DNA of 64,000 bases from an uncultured Pseudomonadota bacterium (GTDB lineage: Bacteria > Pseudomonadota > Gammaproteobacteria > Burkholderiales > SG8-39). Location of the stretch: positions 71,226 to 135,225 of the forward strand of contig CAIKRR010000045.1 in NCBI GenBank assembly GCA_903829815.1, read 5' to 3'. Made by a program: the position numbers and the translations under genes. Position 1 is the first letter of the stretch, and every line of letters starts with the position of its first letter. This document shows, one piece after another, positions 20,579 to 30,270 of this stretch. Below the pieces are notes generated by a model. That model ran no database searches. It was not told where the DNA came from and worked only from the letters and a program-made list of their open reading frames with translations.

Positions 20579-21334
20579 TCAGATGCTGCAGAAGGTGAGA
20601 TCAAATGATACGTCGACATCGATCGGCCGTGGCCGCGGTTCCTCGCCCGAAGCCACGAAGCGGATGTTGAGCGCATAGCGATTGGCGCTCGCCTCAGGCA
20701 CGGCGAGAGCATCGTCGTCGAGTCTGATCTGCACCATCTGTGCGACACGACCGGTCATCATCTGCTGGAACAGACCGCGGGTAGCTACTCGGGTCTCGGG
20801 GCTGCCGCTGTCGCGCAGCAGGCCCAATGCAACCGCGGTTGCGTCCTCGATCGGTTGCAGGGGCAATATCCACGCGGCCAGGTCGGCGCTGCGTCTGGCC
20901 GCCGGATGATGTAGCCAGCGGTGGTAGGTAGGCAGGTCGAATTCACAGGCCCCACCCGGTATCCCGGTACGCTGCCGGATGCTCATCAGCCATTCATTGG
21001 CTCGCAAGTGCTGGCCGATCTTGCCACTCAGGCCGTGGATCGCCGCACGGGCCTCCTCGATGCGTATCAGTACCTTCGAGAGCTTGTCCTGGTCGATGCG
21101 GGCATTGCCGCGGAAACCGATCATGGTCTGACGAAGGCGTTCGAGTTCCTGGAGCAGTTCGGACTTCAGTTCACCGCGGCCACAGACCTCGAGAATCTCG
21201 AATAGCGTCACCAGCGCCGCGTGATGGTCGCGGGGGTCGGTACGATCGAGAAAATGGCGTGCACGAGCGAACAGGTCTTCCAGTCGAAGAAGGGTCCGGG
21301 TCCGCTCGGTCAGAGGGTATTCGTAGATGATCAC
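20579..21334 (-). CDS. zapD: Cell division protein ZapD
   Basis: [23 protein letters not shown]-terminus. GTG start at 21334 verified in the sequence; the longer ORF to 21544 would run into coaE. Confidence 0.88.
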   Translation of the reverse strand: MIIYEYPLTERTRTLLRLEDLFARARHFLDRTDPRDHHAALVTLFEILEVCGRGELKSELLQELERLRQTMIGFRGNARIDQDKLSKVLIRIEEARAAIHGLSGKIGQHLRANEWLMSIRQRTGIPGGACEFDLPTYHRWLHHPAARRSADLAAWILPLQPIEDATAVALGLLRDSGSPETRVATRGLFQQMMTGRVAQMVQIRLDDDALAVPEASANRYALNIRFVASGEEPRPRPIDVDVSFDLTFCSI

Positions 21335-21437
21335 GCCAGTCCGGGCATGTACAGACCCCTTGATCAAATGACCAAGAGTACCTTTCGGATGATACACCAC
21401 AGAGTCGGCAACGCCAGCCACGGTCCGAAGGGGGTGG

Positions 21438-22058
21438 TTACGGTGGCCACGGCCAGGGCTTGCGCGCCAGGTCGGTGTAGTGCCGGTGCAGCGCTTCTGC
21501 CTGGCCGAGCAGGGCGGCTTGGGTGCCCTCGTTGTCGATGACATCGTCAGCGACCGCCAGGCGCTGGGCGCGCGAAGCCTGCGCCGCGATGATCCGGCGG
21601 GCGGTCTCTTCTGACAGTCCGTCGCGTCCGACCACGCGCGCCACCTGGGTTGCTTCGTCGCAGTCGATCACCAGCACCCGGTGTACACGGCGGTGCGGCT
21701 CGCCGGCTTCGACCAGCAGCGGAATCATCAGGATCACGTAAGCGCCGGTGGCGGCCAGAACCTGCTGGTCACAGGCCTCGCGGATGAGCGGGTGCAGGAT
21801 GCCTTCGAGTCGCACACGTGCTGCCGGTTCGGCGTAGACGAGCGCACGCATGCGCGCACGGTCAAGGGCTCCTTGCGGTGTGACGAACTCGGCACCGAAC
21901 GCTGTTCTTATGGCAGGCATCGCAGCGCCCTCAGGCGCTGTGAGCCGGTGCGATTCAAGATCGGCGTCGATCAGGGTCGCACCGAACGACTCGAACAAGG
22001 CGCCGGCACGTGACTTGCCGCTGCCGATGCCGCCTGTGAGGCCGATGACCAGCGGCAT
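21438..22058 (-). CDS. coaE: Dephospho-CoA kinase
   Basis: P-loop GLTGGIGSGKS. 206 aa. In the conserved pilD-coaE-zapD-yacG order. Confidence 0.93.
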   Translation of the reverse strand: MPLVIGLTGGIGSGKSRAGALFESFGATLIDADLESHRLTAPEGAAMPAIRTAFGAEFVTPQGALDRARMRALVYAEPAARVRLEGILHPLIREACDQQVLAATGAYVILMIPLLVEAGEPHRRVHRVLVIDCDEATQVARVVGRDGLSEETARRIIAAQASRAQRLAVADDVIDNEGTQAALLGQAEALHRHYTDLARKPWPWPP

Positions 22059-22059
22059 G

Positions 22060-22986
22060 TCAGGGGAAGAGCAGCAGGTAGCGGTCGATCAGCGCATCAC
22101 CGGCAAAGAGTGCGATCGCACCTGCCGCCGCCAGATACGGACCAAACGGAATCGGTACCTGCGACCCGCGCCGCTTCACCACCATCAGCGCGATGCCGGC
22201 GACGGCACCGACGACCGACGAGGTCAGCACGATGAAGGGCAGCATCTTCCAGCCCAGCCAGGCGCCCAGGGCTGCCAGCAGTTTGAAGTCGCCAAACCCC
22301 ATGCCCTCCTTGCCAGTCGCAAACTTGAACAGCCAGTAGACGCTCCAGAGGCAGAGGTATCCAGCCATTGCGCCTGTCACTGCAGAACGCAGATCGACGA
22401 AGGTGTCACCCAGGTTGAACAGGATGCCCAACCACAGCAGCGGCAGCGTGATGGCGTCGGGCAACTGAAAGGTGTCGATATCGATGAAGGTGAGTGCGAC
22501 GAGCGCTCCCAGCAGGCACAGCGCACCAAGGCCGGCAGCGCTTGCCCCGAAGCGCCAGGCCGCCAGCCCGAAGAGCAGCCCGGTGAGCGCCTCGACGACC
22601 GGGTAGCGCAGGCTGATCGGTGTCTTGCAGACCGAACAGCGGCCGCGCAGCCCGAGCCAGGAGAGCACCGGAACGTTCTCGATCATGCGGATCGGGTGAG
22701 CGCAGGCCGGGCAACTCGAGCGCGGGACCAGCAGGTTGTAGCGGGCGGGCAGGGCGTCTGGCGGGGCCGCCGGCGCCTCGGCGTGAGCGTCATGCGGCAG
22801 AGGCGCGCCGGCGAGTCCGCTGTCGAGAAGGCTTGCACACTCGGCTCGCCAGTTACGTTCCATCATCCTGGGCAAGCGATGGATGACCACGTTGAGGAAG
22901 CTGCCGATGACGAGGCCCAGGACGGCACTGGCCGCGACGAGCAGTGCGGGGGCGCCCTGAAGCGCGCTGGCGAGGTCTGCTGTCAT
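22060..22986 (-). CDS. pilD: Prepilin peptidase / N-methyltransferase (A24 family)
   Basis: CPACAH..CSVCK zinc motif and GMGFGDFKLLAALGAW active-site region. Multiple TM segments. Confidence 0.93.
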   Translation of the reverse strand: MTADLASALQGAPALLVAASAVLGLVIGSFLNVVIHRLPRMMERNWRAECASLLDSGLAGAPLPHDAHAEAPAAPPDALPARYNLLVPRSSCPACAHPIRMIENVPVLSWLGLRGRCSVCKTPISLRYPVVEALTGLLFGLAAWRFGASAAGLGALCLLGALVALTFIDIDTFQLPDAITLPLLWLGILFNLGDTFVDLRSAVTGAMAGYLCLWSVYWLFKFATGKEGMGFGDFKLLAALGAWLGWKMLPFIVLTSSVVGAVAGIALMVVKRRGSQVPIPFGPYLAAAGAIALFAGDALIDRYLLLFP

Positions 22987-22996
22987 CAGGGCAGAC

Positions 22997-24241
22997 TCAG
23001 ACCGCGTTGCCGAGCTTGAACAGCGGCAGATACACGCTGATGATGATGCCCCCGATCAGTACCCCAAGCACTGCCATGATCATGGGCTCGAGCAGGCTCG
23101 AGAGGCCATCGACCATGTTGTCGACTTCCTCGTCGAAGATGTCTGCCACTTTGGAGAGCATGGCGTCGAGCGAGCCAGACTCCTCGCCGACAGACACCAT
23201 CTGGACCACCATATTGGGAAAAAGCTGCGTGTCGTTCATGGCCTGGGTGAGACTCGAGCCGGTACTCACCGACGATTGTATCCGGCGCGTGGCCTCTTCG
23301 TAGACACTGTTTCCCGAGGCGCCCGCCACCGCATCGAGGGCATCGACCAGGGGTACCCCTGCTGCTGACATGGTTGCCAGGGTGCGCGTCCAGCGCGCGA
23401 TGGCCGACTTGTGCAGCAGTTCACCGATCACTGGCATGCGCAGGCCAGCCCTGTCGGCCAGCGCCCTGGCCTTGGCCGATGTCTTGAAGATCTGCATCAG
23501 GCCGACGATTGCTCCAGCAAGGATCGGCAGCAGGATGCCCCACCAGTCGGTCAGAAACTCAGACATGCCGATGACCAACAGGGTCGGGGCCGGCAGGTCG
23601 GCGCCGAACTGGGTGAAGATCGTCTTGAATTGTGGAATCACGAAAACCAGAATGATGACCACCACCACGATGGCGACCACGACCACCGCCGTGGGATAAA
23701 AGAGCGCCTTCTTCACCTTGCCCTGAATGGTGAGGATCTTTTCGCGGTGCAGGGCCAGTCGCTGCAGCAGGCTGTCCAGAATGCCGCCGCGCTCCCCGGC
23801 ATTGATCAGACTGATGTACAGCGAGTCGAAATACTGCGGGTGGCGCCCGAAGGAGGCGGCCAGGCTAGACCCGGTCTCGACGTCCATGCGCAGTTCGCCG
23901 AGCAGGCGCGAAACCGCCGGATTGGAATGACCGCGCCCGATGATGTCAAAGCTCTGGATGAGGGGCACGCCTGCCTGCATCATCGTGGCGAGCTGGCGCG
24001 TGACGAAGGTGATGTCGCGGGCACGCACCCGGCCCTTGCTGCGCCTGCCCTGGTTGCGCAGTCGTGCAGACCTGACGCCCTGTCGCCGCAGTGTCGCATT
24101 GGCCACCGCCTCGGAGGCGGCACGTATCTCGCCCCGAACGACCTTGCCGTTGCGGTCCTTGCCCTCGTAGCTGAACACCGTGTCGCTTGATGCGCGGGGC
24201 GCAGCTGCACGCCTGTCCAGTTGCTTGCCAGCAGTTGCCAT
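22997..24241 (-). CDS. pilC: Type IV pilus platform protein (GspF/PilC family)
   Basis: Duplicated T2SS-F domains over 414 aa. GAGG lies 8 nt before ATG 24241. Confidence 0.93.
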   Translation of the reverse strand: MATAGKQLDRRAAAPRASSDTVFSYEGKDRNGKVVRGEIRAASEAVANATLRRQGVRSARLRNQGRRSKGRVRARDITFVTRQLATMMQAGVPLIQSFDIIGRGHSNPAVSRLLGELRMDVETGSSLAASFGRHPQYFDSLYISLINAGERGGILDSLLQRLALHREKILTIQGKVKKALFYPTAVVVVAIVVVVIILVFVIPQFKTIFTQFGADLPAPTLLVIGMSEFLTDWWGILLPILAGAIVGLMQIFKTSAKARALADRAGLRMPVIGELLHKSAIARWTRTLATMSAAGVPLVDALDAVAGASGNSVYEEATRRIQSSVSTGSSLTQAMNDTQLFPNMVVQMVSVGEESGSLDAMLSKVADIFDEEVDNMVDGLSSLLEPMIMAVLGVLIGGIIISVYLPLFKLGNAV

Positions 24242-24320
24242 GAGGGGGGCCTCGATCGATGCCTGGCCGGTGAGCAGGCCTTGACCGGCCTGGAGCCGGT
24301 CATGTGTGCACTTTTTTCGT

Positions 24321-24375
24321 CAGTTTCGCGCCAGTTTCGCGCCAGTCTTGCGACTGTATTGCGACTTTGTTGCGG
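24321..24375. repeat. Five tandem 11-bp direct repeats (consensus C-W-G-T-N-T-Y-G-C-G-M) in the corB-pilC intergenic region
   Basis: Read directly: cagtttcgcgc / cagtttcgcgc / cagtcttgcga / ctgtattgcga / ctttgttgcgg. Confidence 0.85.
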
Positions 24376-24394
24376 GAGTCTATCAGTCGCGCCG

Positions 24395-25681
24395 TCAGTC
24401 TGTCGCGCTGCCAAGCGGTTGTCGGGGGCGAATGAGCTTGACGGTTCGAACGGCACGATCTTCGGTCTGGACGATCTCCATCACCACGCCCTTGATACGG
24501 ACCGACACACCCGACTCGGGAATGTCTTGCAGATGTTCCAGGATCAGTCCGTTGAGCGTGCGTGGCCCGTCCAGTGGCAGTGCAAGGCCGAGACTGCGGT
24601 TGATTTCGCGCAGAGACGCACGGCCGTCGGCCAGCACGTTGTCGGCGTCTCCCCAGTGCAGGTCGCCTGCCTGCATCGGCGAGCCGGTGGTGAATTCACC
24701 GATGAATTCCTCGACGATATCCTCCAGGGCTACCAGCCCCTGGACTTCGCCGTACTCGTCAACCACCAGAGCCAGTCGTTCGCGCCGTTCCTGGAAGAAC
24801 TGCAGTTGCGTGAGCACCGGGGTGGACCCGGGGATGAAATAGGGCGGGGTGAGGAGCGCCGGCACAGCATCCCTGTCGATCGCGCCTTTGCGCAGGGCGC
24901 CGATCAGGCGCCGCACATGGGCAAGGCCGGCAACCTCGTCGAGGTTGCCGTGACAGGCCACCAGTCGCGTGTGGTGGCTGGTCATGACCTGGCGGGTGAT
25001 CTCGTCAACGGGGGCATCGATGTCGATGGACTCGATGTGCGCGCGCGGCACCATGATGTCGCTGACGATCAGGTGTTCCAGGTCGAACAGATTGGCGAGG
25101 ATGGTCTGGTGTTTCTTGGGCAGGTAACGACTGTGTTCGAGGACGAGCGAGCGCAGCTCTTCCGAGGTGAGCCGGGTCTCCTCGCCGCTGTTGGTTCGTA
25201 CGCGCAGTATCCACAGCAGCAGGCGGACGAACAGGTTTACGAAGCTCACGACCGGGTAGAGCAGACGCAGCAGGGGGGCCAGTACATGGCTGAGGGGCAG
25301 AGCGATGCGTTCGGCGTGCGTTGCCCCGATCACCTTAGGGGTGATCTCCGAGAACACGAGGATGGCGAAAGTGACCGCGATCGTGCCCACGGCGAGCGCA
25401 TAGCGCTCTTCGCCGAACCACTGCACGGTCACCACGCCCGTCAGGGTTGCCGCGGCGGCGTTCACCAGATTGTTGCCAAGCAGGATGACGCCAAGCAGTC
25501 GGTCGGGATGCGACAACAGATCGAGGGTTCGCCTCGCGTTGCGGTTGCCCATGCGAGCCATCGCCTTGAGGCGATACCGATTGAGCGCCATCATGCTCGT
25601 CTCGGCTATCGAGAAGAAGGCTGATACGACCAGGAGCCCTGCCAGGGTCAGCAATTCGGAGCGGGTGGACCAATCGTCCAA
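24395..25681 (-). CDS. CorB/CorC (HlyC/CorC) family transporter: DUF21 TM domain + CBS pair + CorC_HlyC domain
   Basis: FFSIAETSMMALNRYRLK start of DUF21, CBS-pair region and C-terminal transporter-associated domain. The in-frame ATGs at 25900 and 25804 overlap ypjD, so TTG 25681 is proposed and the start is uncertain. Confidence 0.85.
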   Translation of the reverse strand: MDDWSTRSELLTLAGLLVVSAFFSIAETSMMALNRYRLKAMARMGNRNARRTLDLLSHPDRLLGVILLGNNLVNAAAATLTGVVTVQWFGEERYALAVGTIAVTFAILVFSEITPKVIGATHAERIALPLSHVLAPLLRLLYPVVSFVNLFVRLLLWILRVRTNSGEETRLTSEELRSLVLEHSRYLPKKHQTILANLFDLEHLIVSDIMVPRAHIESIDIDAPVDEITRQVMTSHHTRLVACHGNLDEVAGLAHVRRLIGALRKGAIDRDAVPALLTPPYFIPGSTPVLTQLQFFQERRERLALVVDEYGEVQGLVALEDIVEEFIGEFTTGSPMQAGDLHWGDADNVLADGRASLREINRSLGLALPLDGPRTLNGLILEHLQDIPESGVSVRIKGVVMEIVQTEDRAVRTVKLIRPRQPLGSATD

Positions 25682-25751
25682 GGCATCACGCAGTGGCTGT
25701 GAGTATCTGCCAAGTATAGCGGGCGGCGCCCGAGGCCTCTGCCCCGCGCGG

Positions 25752-26573
25752 TCAGATGGGGGCGCGGTCCAGAATGACTTCGAACACGAAGCGGCTGCCC
25801 ACATAAGCAAGCAGCAGGCAGGCAAAGCCGGCGAGCAGCCAGCGCAAGGCCTTGCGTCCGCGCCAGCCTCGGCGCCAGCGGCCAATGAGCAGCGCGGCAA
25901 ATATGCACCACGACAGGATCGCGAACAGCGTCTTGTGATCGATTCGGAAGGCGCGTCCGAACATGTCCTCCGAGAAGACGAATCCGGATATCACCACCAG
26001 CGTGAGCAGTGCAAGACCGGCCCCAACCGTCTGGAAGAGCACGCGTTCCAGCGTGAGCAAAGGCGGCACCTGGGCAAAGATGCCGCGCAGGCCCCCTTGG
26101 TGCAAGCGCCGTTCCAGGAGCGCCATGAAGAGCGCCTGCAGAGCTGCAATCGTGAACAGGCTGTAGGCGGCAATCGCGCTGAGCAGATGCAGTCGCAGCG
26201 CGATCGCACTGTGCGCCAGCGTGAATTCGAAACCCGGGAAGGCAGCCGGCAGCATCACGCTGAGGGCTGCAAGCGGCAACGCCAGGGCGAGCATGCCGTC
26301 CAGACGCAGATAGAAACTCTCGACCCAGTAGATCAGCACTGCCAGCCAAAGGGTCAGCGACAGCGCCTGCGCGAACCCGAAGGTCATGGTTTGTGCTGCG
26401 ATCGAGGTTTCGATCAGTACCGAACCGTGCAGCGAAAGCGGTACCAGCAGCGCCGTTCTCATCCAGCCCGCACCGCGCGGACGCAGCCGCTCGGGTGCGT
26501 GCATGCGCCAGACCAGAACTGTCAGACCCAGGTAGGCCGCTGCAGTCAGTGCTTCGATTAGAATCAGGTTCAT
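25752..26573 (-). CDS. ypjD: YpjD-like membrane protein (CcsA/ResC 'cytochrome c assembly' family)
   Basis: Polytopic membrane protein of 273 aa, divergent from ffh. E. coli has the same yfjD-ypjD / ffh arrangement. Confidence 0.8.
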   Translation of the reverse strand: MNLILIEALTAAAYLGLTVLVWRMHAPERLRPRGAGWMRTALLVPLSLHGSVLIETSIAAQTMTFGFAQALSLTLWLAVLIYWVESFYLRLDGMLALALPLAALSVMLPAAFPGFEFTLAHSAIALRLHLLSAIAAYSLFTIAALQALFMALLERRLHQGGLRGIFAQVPPLLTLERVLFQTVGAGLALLTLVVISGFVFSEDMFGRAFRIDHKTLFAILSWCIFAALLIGRWRRGWRGRKALRWLLAGFACLLLAYVGSRFVFEVILDRAPI

Positions 26574-26632
26574 CAGAAGACGCGCTCGATCGAACGCGTC
26601 AGTCTAGCAGTCTTGCCCGGCGGACCTCCACA

Positions 26633-27991
26633 ATGCTTGAAAACCTCACCCAGCGCCTGTCACGGGTCATCAAGACCGTGCGAGGCGAGGCGCGTCTCAC
26701 CGAGTCGAACATACAGGACGCGCTGCGCGAGGTGCGCATGGCCATGCTCGAGGCCGATGTGGCCTTGCCGGTCGTGCGTGATTTCATAGCGCGCGTCAAT
26801 CAGCGTGCTCTGGGCGAAGAGGTGATTGGCAGCCTGACCCCGGGCCAGGCGCTTGTTGGTGTGGTTCACCGTGAGCTCACCACCCTGATGGGCGAGGCCA
26901 ATCAAGGCCTGGATCTGGCCACGACACCCCCGGCGGTGATCCTGATGGCCGGCCTGCAGGGCTCGGGCAAGACCACCACGACTGGCAAGCTCGCACGAAT
27001 GCTGCGCGAAGACCAGCGCCGCAAGGTCATGGTGGTGTCCTGCGACGTCTACCGGCCCGCGGCTATCGAGCAGCTGAAGGCGGTGGCCGCCCAGGCCGAG
27101 GTGGAGTGGATTGCCTCCGATCCGGCTGAGCAGCCGCTCGCGATTGCGCGCCGTGCGCTCGACCATGCGCGCACCCGCTATGCCGATGTGCTCATCGTCG
27201 ATACCGCCGGACGACTGGCGATCGATGAGGCGATGATGGCCGAGATCACGGCGCTGCATGCGGCGCTGCGTCCGGTCGAGACCCTCTTCGTCGTCGATGC
27301 GATGCAGGGGCAGGACGCTGTCAACGTGGCACGCGCCTTCAACGAGGCACTGCCCCTCACCGGCGTGGTGTTGAGCAAGCTCGACGGTGATTCACGCGGC
27401 GGGGCAGCGCTTTCGGTCCGCGCGGTGACCGGAAAGCCGATCAAGTTTTCCGGCACGGGCGAGAAGCTCACCGGACTGGAGCCTTTTCATCCCGAGCGCA
27501 TGGCCTCGCGCATCCTCGGCATGGGCGACATCCTGTCGCTGGTCGAGGAGGCACGCCGCGGCGTCGACCAGGTCGAGGCCGAGCGCCTGGCCGACAAGTT
27601 TCGCAAGGGCAAGGGTTTCGATCTCGAGGATTTCAAGGCCCAGATCGGCCAGATGAAGAAGATGGGAGGTGTCTCTTCCTTCATCGACAAGTTGCCGGCG
27701 CAGTTTGCCCAGGCAGCGCAGCAGGCCCCGGGGGCGATGGACGACCGGGCGCTGCGCCGGATCGAGGGGATCATCAATTCGATGACCCGTCAGGAGCGCT
27801 CGCATCCGGACATCATCAAGGCCTCGCGCAAGCGGCGCATTGCCTCCGGTGCCGGCGTGCAGGTCCAGGAGGTCAATCGTCTGCTCAATCAGTTCGAGCA
27901 GATGCAGAAGATGATGAAGCAGATGCAAAAGGGCGGCCTCGCCAAGATGATGCGCGGCATGAAAGGCATGATGCCAGGCGTACGGCGTTGA
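26633..27991 (+). CDS. ffh: Signal recognition particle protein Ffh
   Basis: MLENLTQRL N-terminus. GTPase motifs GLQGSGKTTT, DTAGR and SKLDGD. Met-rich M domain. ATG verified at 26633. Confidence 0.97.
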   Translation: MLENLTQRLSRVIKTVRGEARLTESNIQDALREVRMAMLEADVALPVVRDFIARVNQRALGEEVIGSLTPGQALVGVVHRELTTLMGEANQGLDLATTPPAVILMAGLQGSGKTTTTGKLARMLREDQRRKVMVVSCDVYRPAAIEQLKAVAAQAEVEWIASDPAEQPLAIARRALDHARTRYADVLIVDTAGRLAIDEAMMAEITALHAALRPVETLFVVDAMQGQDAVNVARAFNEALPLTGVVLSKLDGDSRGGAALSVRAVTGKPIKFSGTGEKLTGLEPFHPERMASRILGMGDILSLVEEARRGVDQVEAERLADKFRKGKGFDLEDFKAQIGQMKKMGGVSSFIDKLPAQFAQAAQQAPGAMDDRALRRIEGIINSMTRQERSHPDIIKASRKRRIASGAGVQVQEVNRLLNQFEQMQKMMKQMQKGGLAKMMRGMKGMMPGVRR

Positions 27992-28002
27992 TCGCGCAGC
28001 GC

Positions 28003-28032
28003 TTGCCTGAGCGCCGCTTTCTGGCTTAGAAT
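28003..28032 (+). promoter_or_regulatory. Putative sigma-70 promoter of the rpsP operon (TTGCCT-N18-TAGAAT)
   Basis: Hexamers read at 28003-28008 and 28027-28032, about 130 nt upstream of the rpsP ATG. No experimental support. Confidence 0.35.
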
Positions 28033-28161
28033 CTGCGGTTTCCCTTGGTCCGGGGATGGTGTGCCTCGTCGGTACAGCCTGCTCCGGACGGGTTCTCCTG
28101 AGCGGCATGTGGTCGTCAGCGAGACGGCATTCGACCCCGGGTGGTCGACTGGAGCAGACTG

Positions 28162-28425
28162 ATGGTTGTGATTCGACTGGCACGGGGCGGTGCAAAGAAG
28201 CGTCCCTTCTACAACATGGTGGTCGCCGATTCGCGCATGCCGCGCGATGGGCGTTTCATCGAGCGTGTGGGTTTTTACGACCCCAAGGCACCGGCAGGCC
28301 GTGAGGCACTGCGCGTTCACGGTGATCGTGTGGCCTACTGGACCGACAAGGGCGCGCAACTCTCTCCGACGGTGGCTCGCCTCGTGAAGCAGGCTGCACG
28401 CGTCACTGTCGCTGCCGCTGCCTGA
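28162..28425 (+). CDS. rpsP: 30S ribosomal protein S16
   Basis: [25 protein letters not shown] is the canonical N-terminus. Confidence 0.96.
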   Translation: MVVIRLARGGAKKRPFYNMVVADSRMPRDGRFIERVGFYDPKAPAGREALRVHGDRVAYWTDKGAQLSPTVARLVKQAARVTVAAAA

Positions 28426-28469
28426 GGACGCCCCTGCCTCAGGGCGGCGGTACAAAGGTCGTGTTGCCG

Positions 28470-28997
28470 ATGTCTGCCGATGACGCGCCCGACAGAGTCG
28501 TCATGGGGCGTGTGTCGGGTCCCTACGGCATCCAGGGTTGGGTCAAGGTCGAGCCTTGGTCGGAGTCTGTAGCGACGATCACCGCTCATCCAGTCTGGTG
28601 GATGCGCCGGGGTGGGCAGTGGTCTGAAGTGGTGGTCGAGAAATCGCTGGTGCATGGCAAGACCGTCGTGGCGCGTCTTCAAGGGTGTGCTGATCGTGAT
28701 CAGGCGTTTGCCTGGCGCGGTGCCGAGGTGGCGATCGAGCGTGATCGGCTTCCCACGCCGGGCCCGGGCGAGTTCTACTGGGCCGATCTGGCCGGTTTGC
28801 AGGTGCAGAATGCTTCAGGGGAGTCGCTCGGTCAGGTTGCCGAGGTGTTCTCCAACGGCGCACATGAGGTGCTGCGCGTACTCGAAGCGGGTGCGAGCGG
28901 TGAGGTCGAGCGGTTGATTCCGTTTGTGGCGGCGATAGTGACCGAGGTGTCACTCGAGGCAGGAATCGTCCGGGTGCAGTGGGAACGAGACTGGTGA
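28470..28997 (+). CDS. rimM: 16S rRNA processing protein RimM
   Basis: GRVSGPYGIQGWVKV PRC-barrel family N-terminus. In the operon position between rpsP and trmD. Start is ATG 28470 or GTG 28461. Confidence 0.9.
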   Translation: MSADDAPDRVVMGRVSGPYGIQGWVKVEPWSESVATITAHPVWWMRRGGQWSEVVVEKSLVHGKTVVARLQGCADRDQAFAWRGAEVAIERDRLPTPGPGEFYWADLAGLQVQNASGESLGQVAEVFSNGAHEVLRVLEAGASGEVERLIPFVAAIVTEVSLEAGIVRVQWERDW

Positions 28998-29009
28998 ACG
29001 TCACCGGTT

Positions 29010-29825
29010 GTGGACGATGGAGTTGATGCGGTGCATGTCGATTGCGTGTCGCTGTTCCCGGACATGTTCACGGCGATCACCGGGCACGGGGTAGTGCGCC
29101 GTGCACATGAGCAGGGACGTTGGTCGCTCGAAGTCTGGAATCCACGTGATTTCGCCTTCGATGCCTACCGGACGATCGATGATCGTCCTTACGGCGGCGG
29201 ACCCGGTATGGTGATGCGGCCCGAGCCGCTTGCGCGAGCGCTGGACGCCGCGAAAGCAGCCTGGGATGCACGGCAGGTGGCTGCAGAAAAGGCAGCGGCA
29301 GGTGCGGCGAGTCGGGTCATCTACCTGTCGCCGCAGGGGCGCCCGCTCGATGATGCACGGGTGCGAGAACTGGTTTCGCTTGATCGCATGGTGCTGCTGT
29401 GCGGTCGGTATGAAGGTGTTGACGAGCGACTGCTCAAGCAGACGGTCGATGAGGAAATCTCTCTGGGTGACTACGTCATTTCGGGAGGCGAACTGGCGGC
29501 GATGGTATTGATTGACGCTGTAGTGAGGCAGTTGCCCGGGGTGCTCGGTGACGAGCGCTCGGCAGAGCAGGATTCGTTCAATGGCGGATTGCTCGACTGC
29601 CCGCATTACACGCGGCCGGAGGTGTTTGCGGAAGAGCCGGTGCCGCCAGTGCTGTTGTCTGGCAACCACGCTCAGATCGAGCGATGGCGACTGAAACAGT
29701 CGCTGGGGCGAACCTGGTTGCGGCGGCCTGAGCTGCTTGCGGCGCGGGGAATGGATGCACGGGAAACCGTGTTGCTGGACGAATTCAGGGCCGAACTCGA
29801 ATCGGGTTCGACCGGGCAACGATGA
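29010..29825 (+). CDS. trmD: tRNA (guanine37-N1)-methyltransferase
   Basis: [23 protein letters not shown] motifs. Start is GTG 29010 or GTG 29031. Confidence 0.95.
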   Translation: MDDGVDAVHVDCVSLFPDMFTAITGHGVVRRAHEQGRWSLEVWNPRDFAFDAYRTIDDRPYGGGPGMVMRPEPLARALDAAKAAWDARQVAAEKAAAGAASRVIYLSPQGRPLDDARVRELVSLDRMVLLCGRYEGVDERLLKQTVDEEISLGDYVISGGELAAMVLIDAVVRQLPGVLGDERSAEQDSFNGGLLDCPHYTRPEVFAEEPVPPVLLSGNHAQIERWRLKQSLGRTWLRRPELLAARGMDARETVLLDEFRAELESGSTGQR

Positions 29826-29847
29826 CCGATTGCAAGGAGTACCACCA

Positions 29848-30270
29848 ATGAACATCATCCAGACTATCGAGCAGGAAGAGATCGCCCGCCTGGGCAAGAA
29901 GATTCCGGTCTTCGCCCCCGGCGATACGGTCGTGGTCAACGTGAATGTCGTCGAAGGCGACAAGAAGCGTGTCCAGGCCTACGAGGGCGTGGTGATTGCA
30001 CGTCGCAATCGCGGTCTGAACTCTTCGTTCATCGTGCGCAAGATCTCCTCGGGCGAGGGCGTCGAGCGAACCTTCCAGACCTACTCGCCGATCATCGCCT
30101 CGATCGAAGTGAAGCGAAAGGGCGATGTGCGTCGCGCCAAGTTGTATTACCTGCGCGAGCGTTCGGGCAAGTCGGCACGTATCCGCGAGAAGCTCACCGG
30201 CCGTCGCGTCACCGCGGCACCGGTTGCTGCTGCCCCGGCAGCCCCGGCGGCAGACGCCGCCCAGGCCTGA
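29848..30270 (+). CDS. rplS: 50S ribosomal protein L19 with an Ala/Pro-rich C-terminal tail
   Basis: [33 protein letters not shown] verified at 29848. Confidence 0.96.
   Translation: MNIIQTIEQEEIARLGKKIPVFAPGDTVVVNVNVVEGDKKRVQAYEGVVIARRNRGLNSSFIVRKISSGEGVERTFQTYSPIIASIEVKRKGDVRRAKLYYLRERSGKSARIREKLTGRRVTAAPVAAAPAAPAADAAQA

Noticed and set aside
24282-24317. Hairpin TGACCGGC-ctgga-GCCGGTCA followed by T6, considered as a rho-independent terminator for corB.
   Set aside because: The T-run lies 3' of the stem only on the plus strand and is 9 nt away from it, whereas the flanking genes are on the minus strand. On the minus strand the A-run precedes the stem, so this is not a canonical terminator in the relevant orientation. 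It is kept only as part of the pilC-leader description.
25203-25212. GTATCCACA, a one-mismatch DnaA-box-like sequence.
   Set aside because: It is a single copy inside the corB coding sequence, with no clustering, AT-rich unwinding element or neighbouring replication genes. It is expected by chance.
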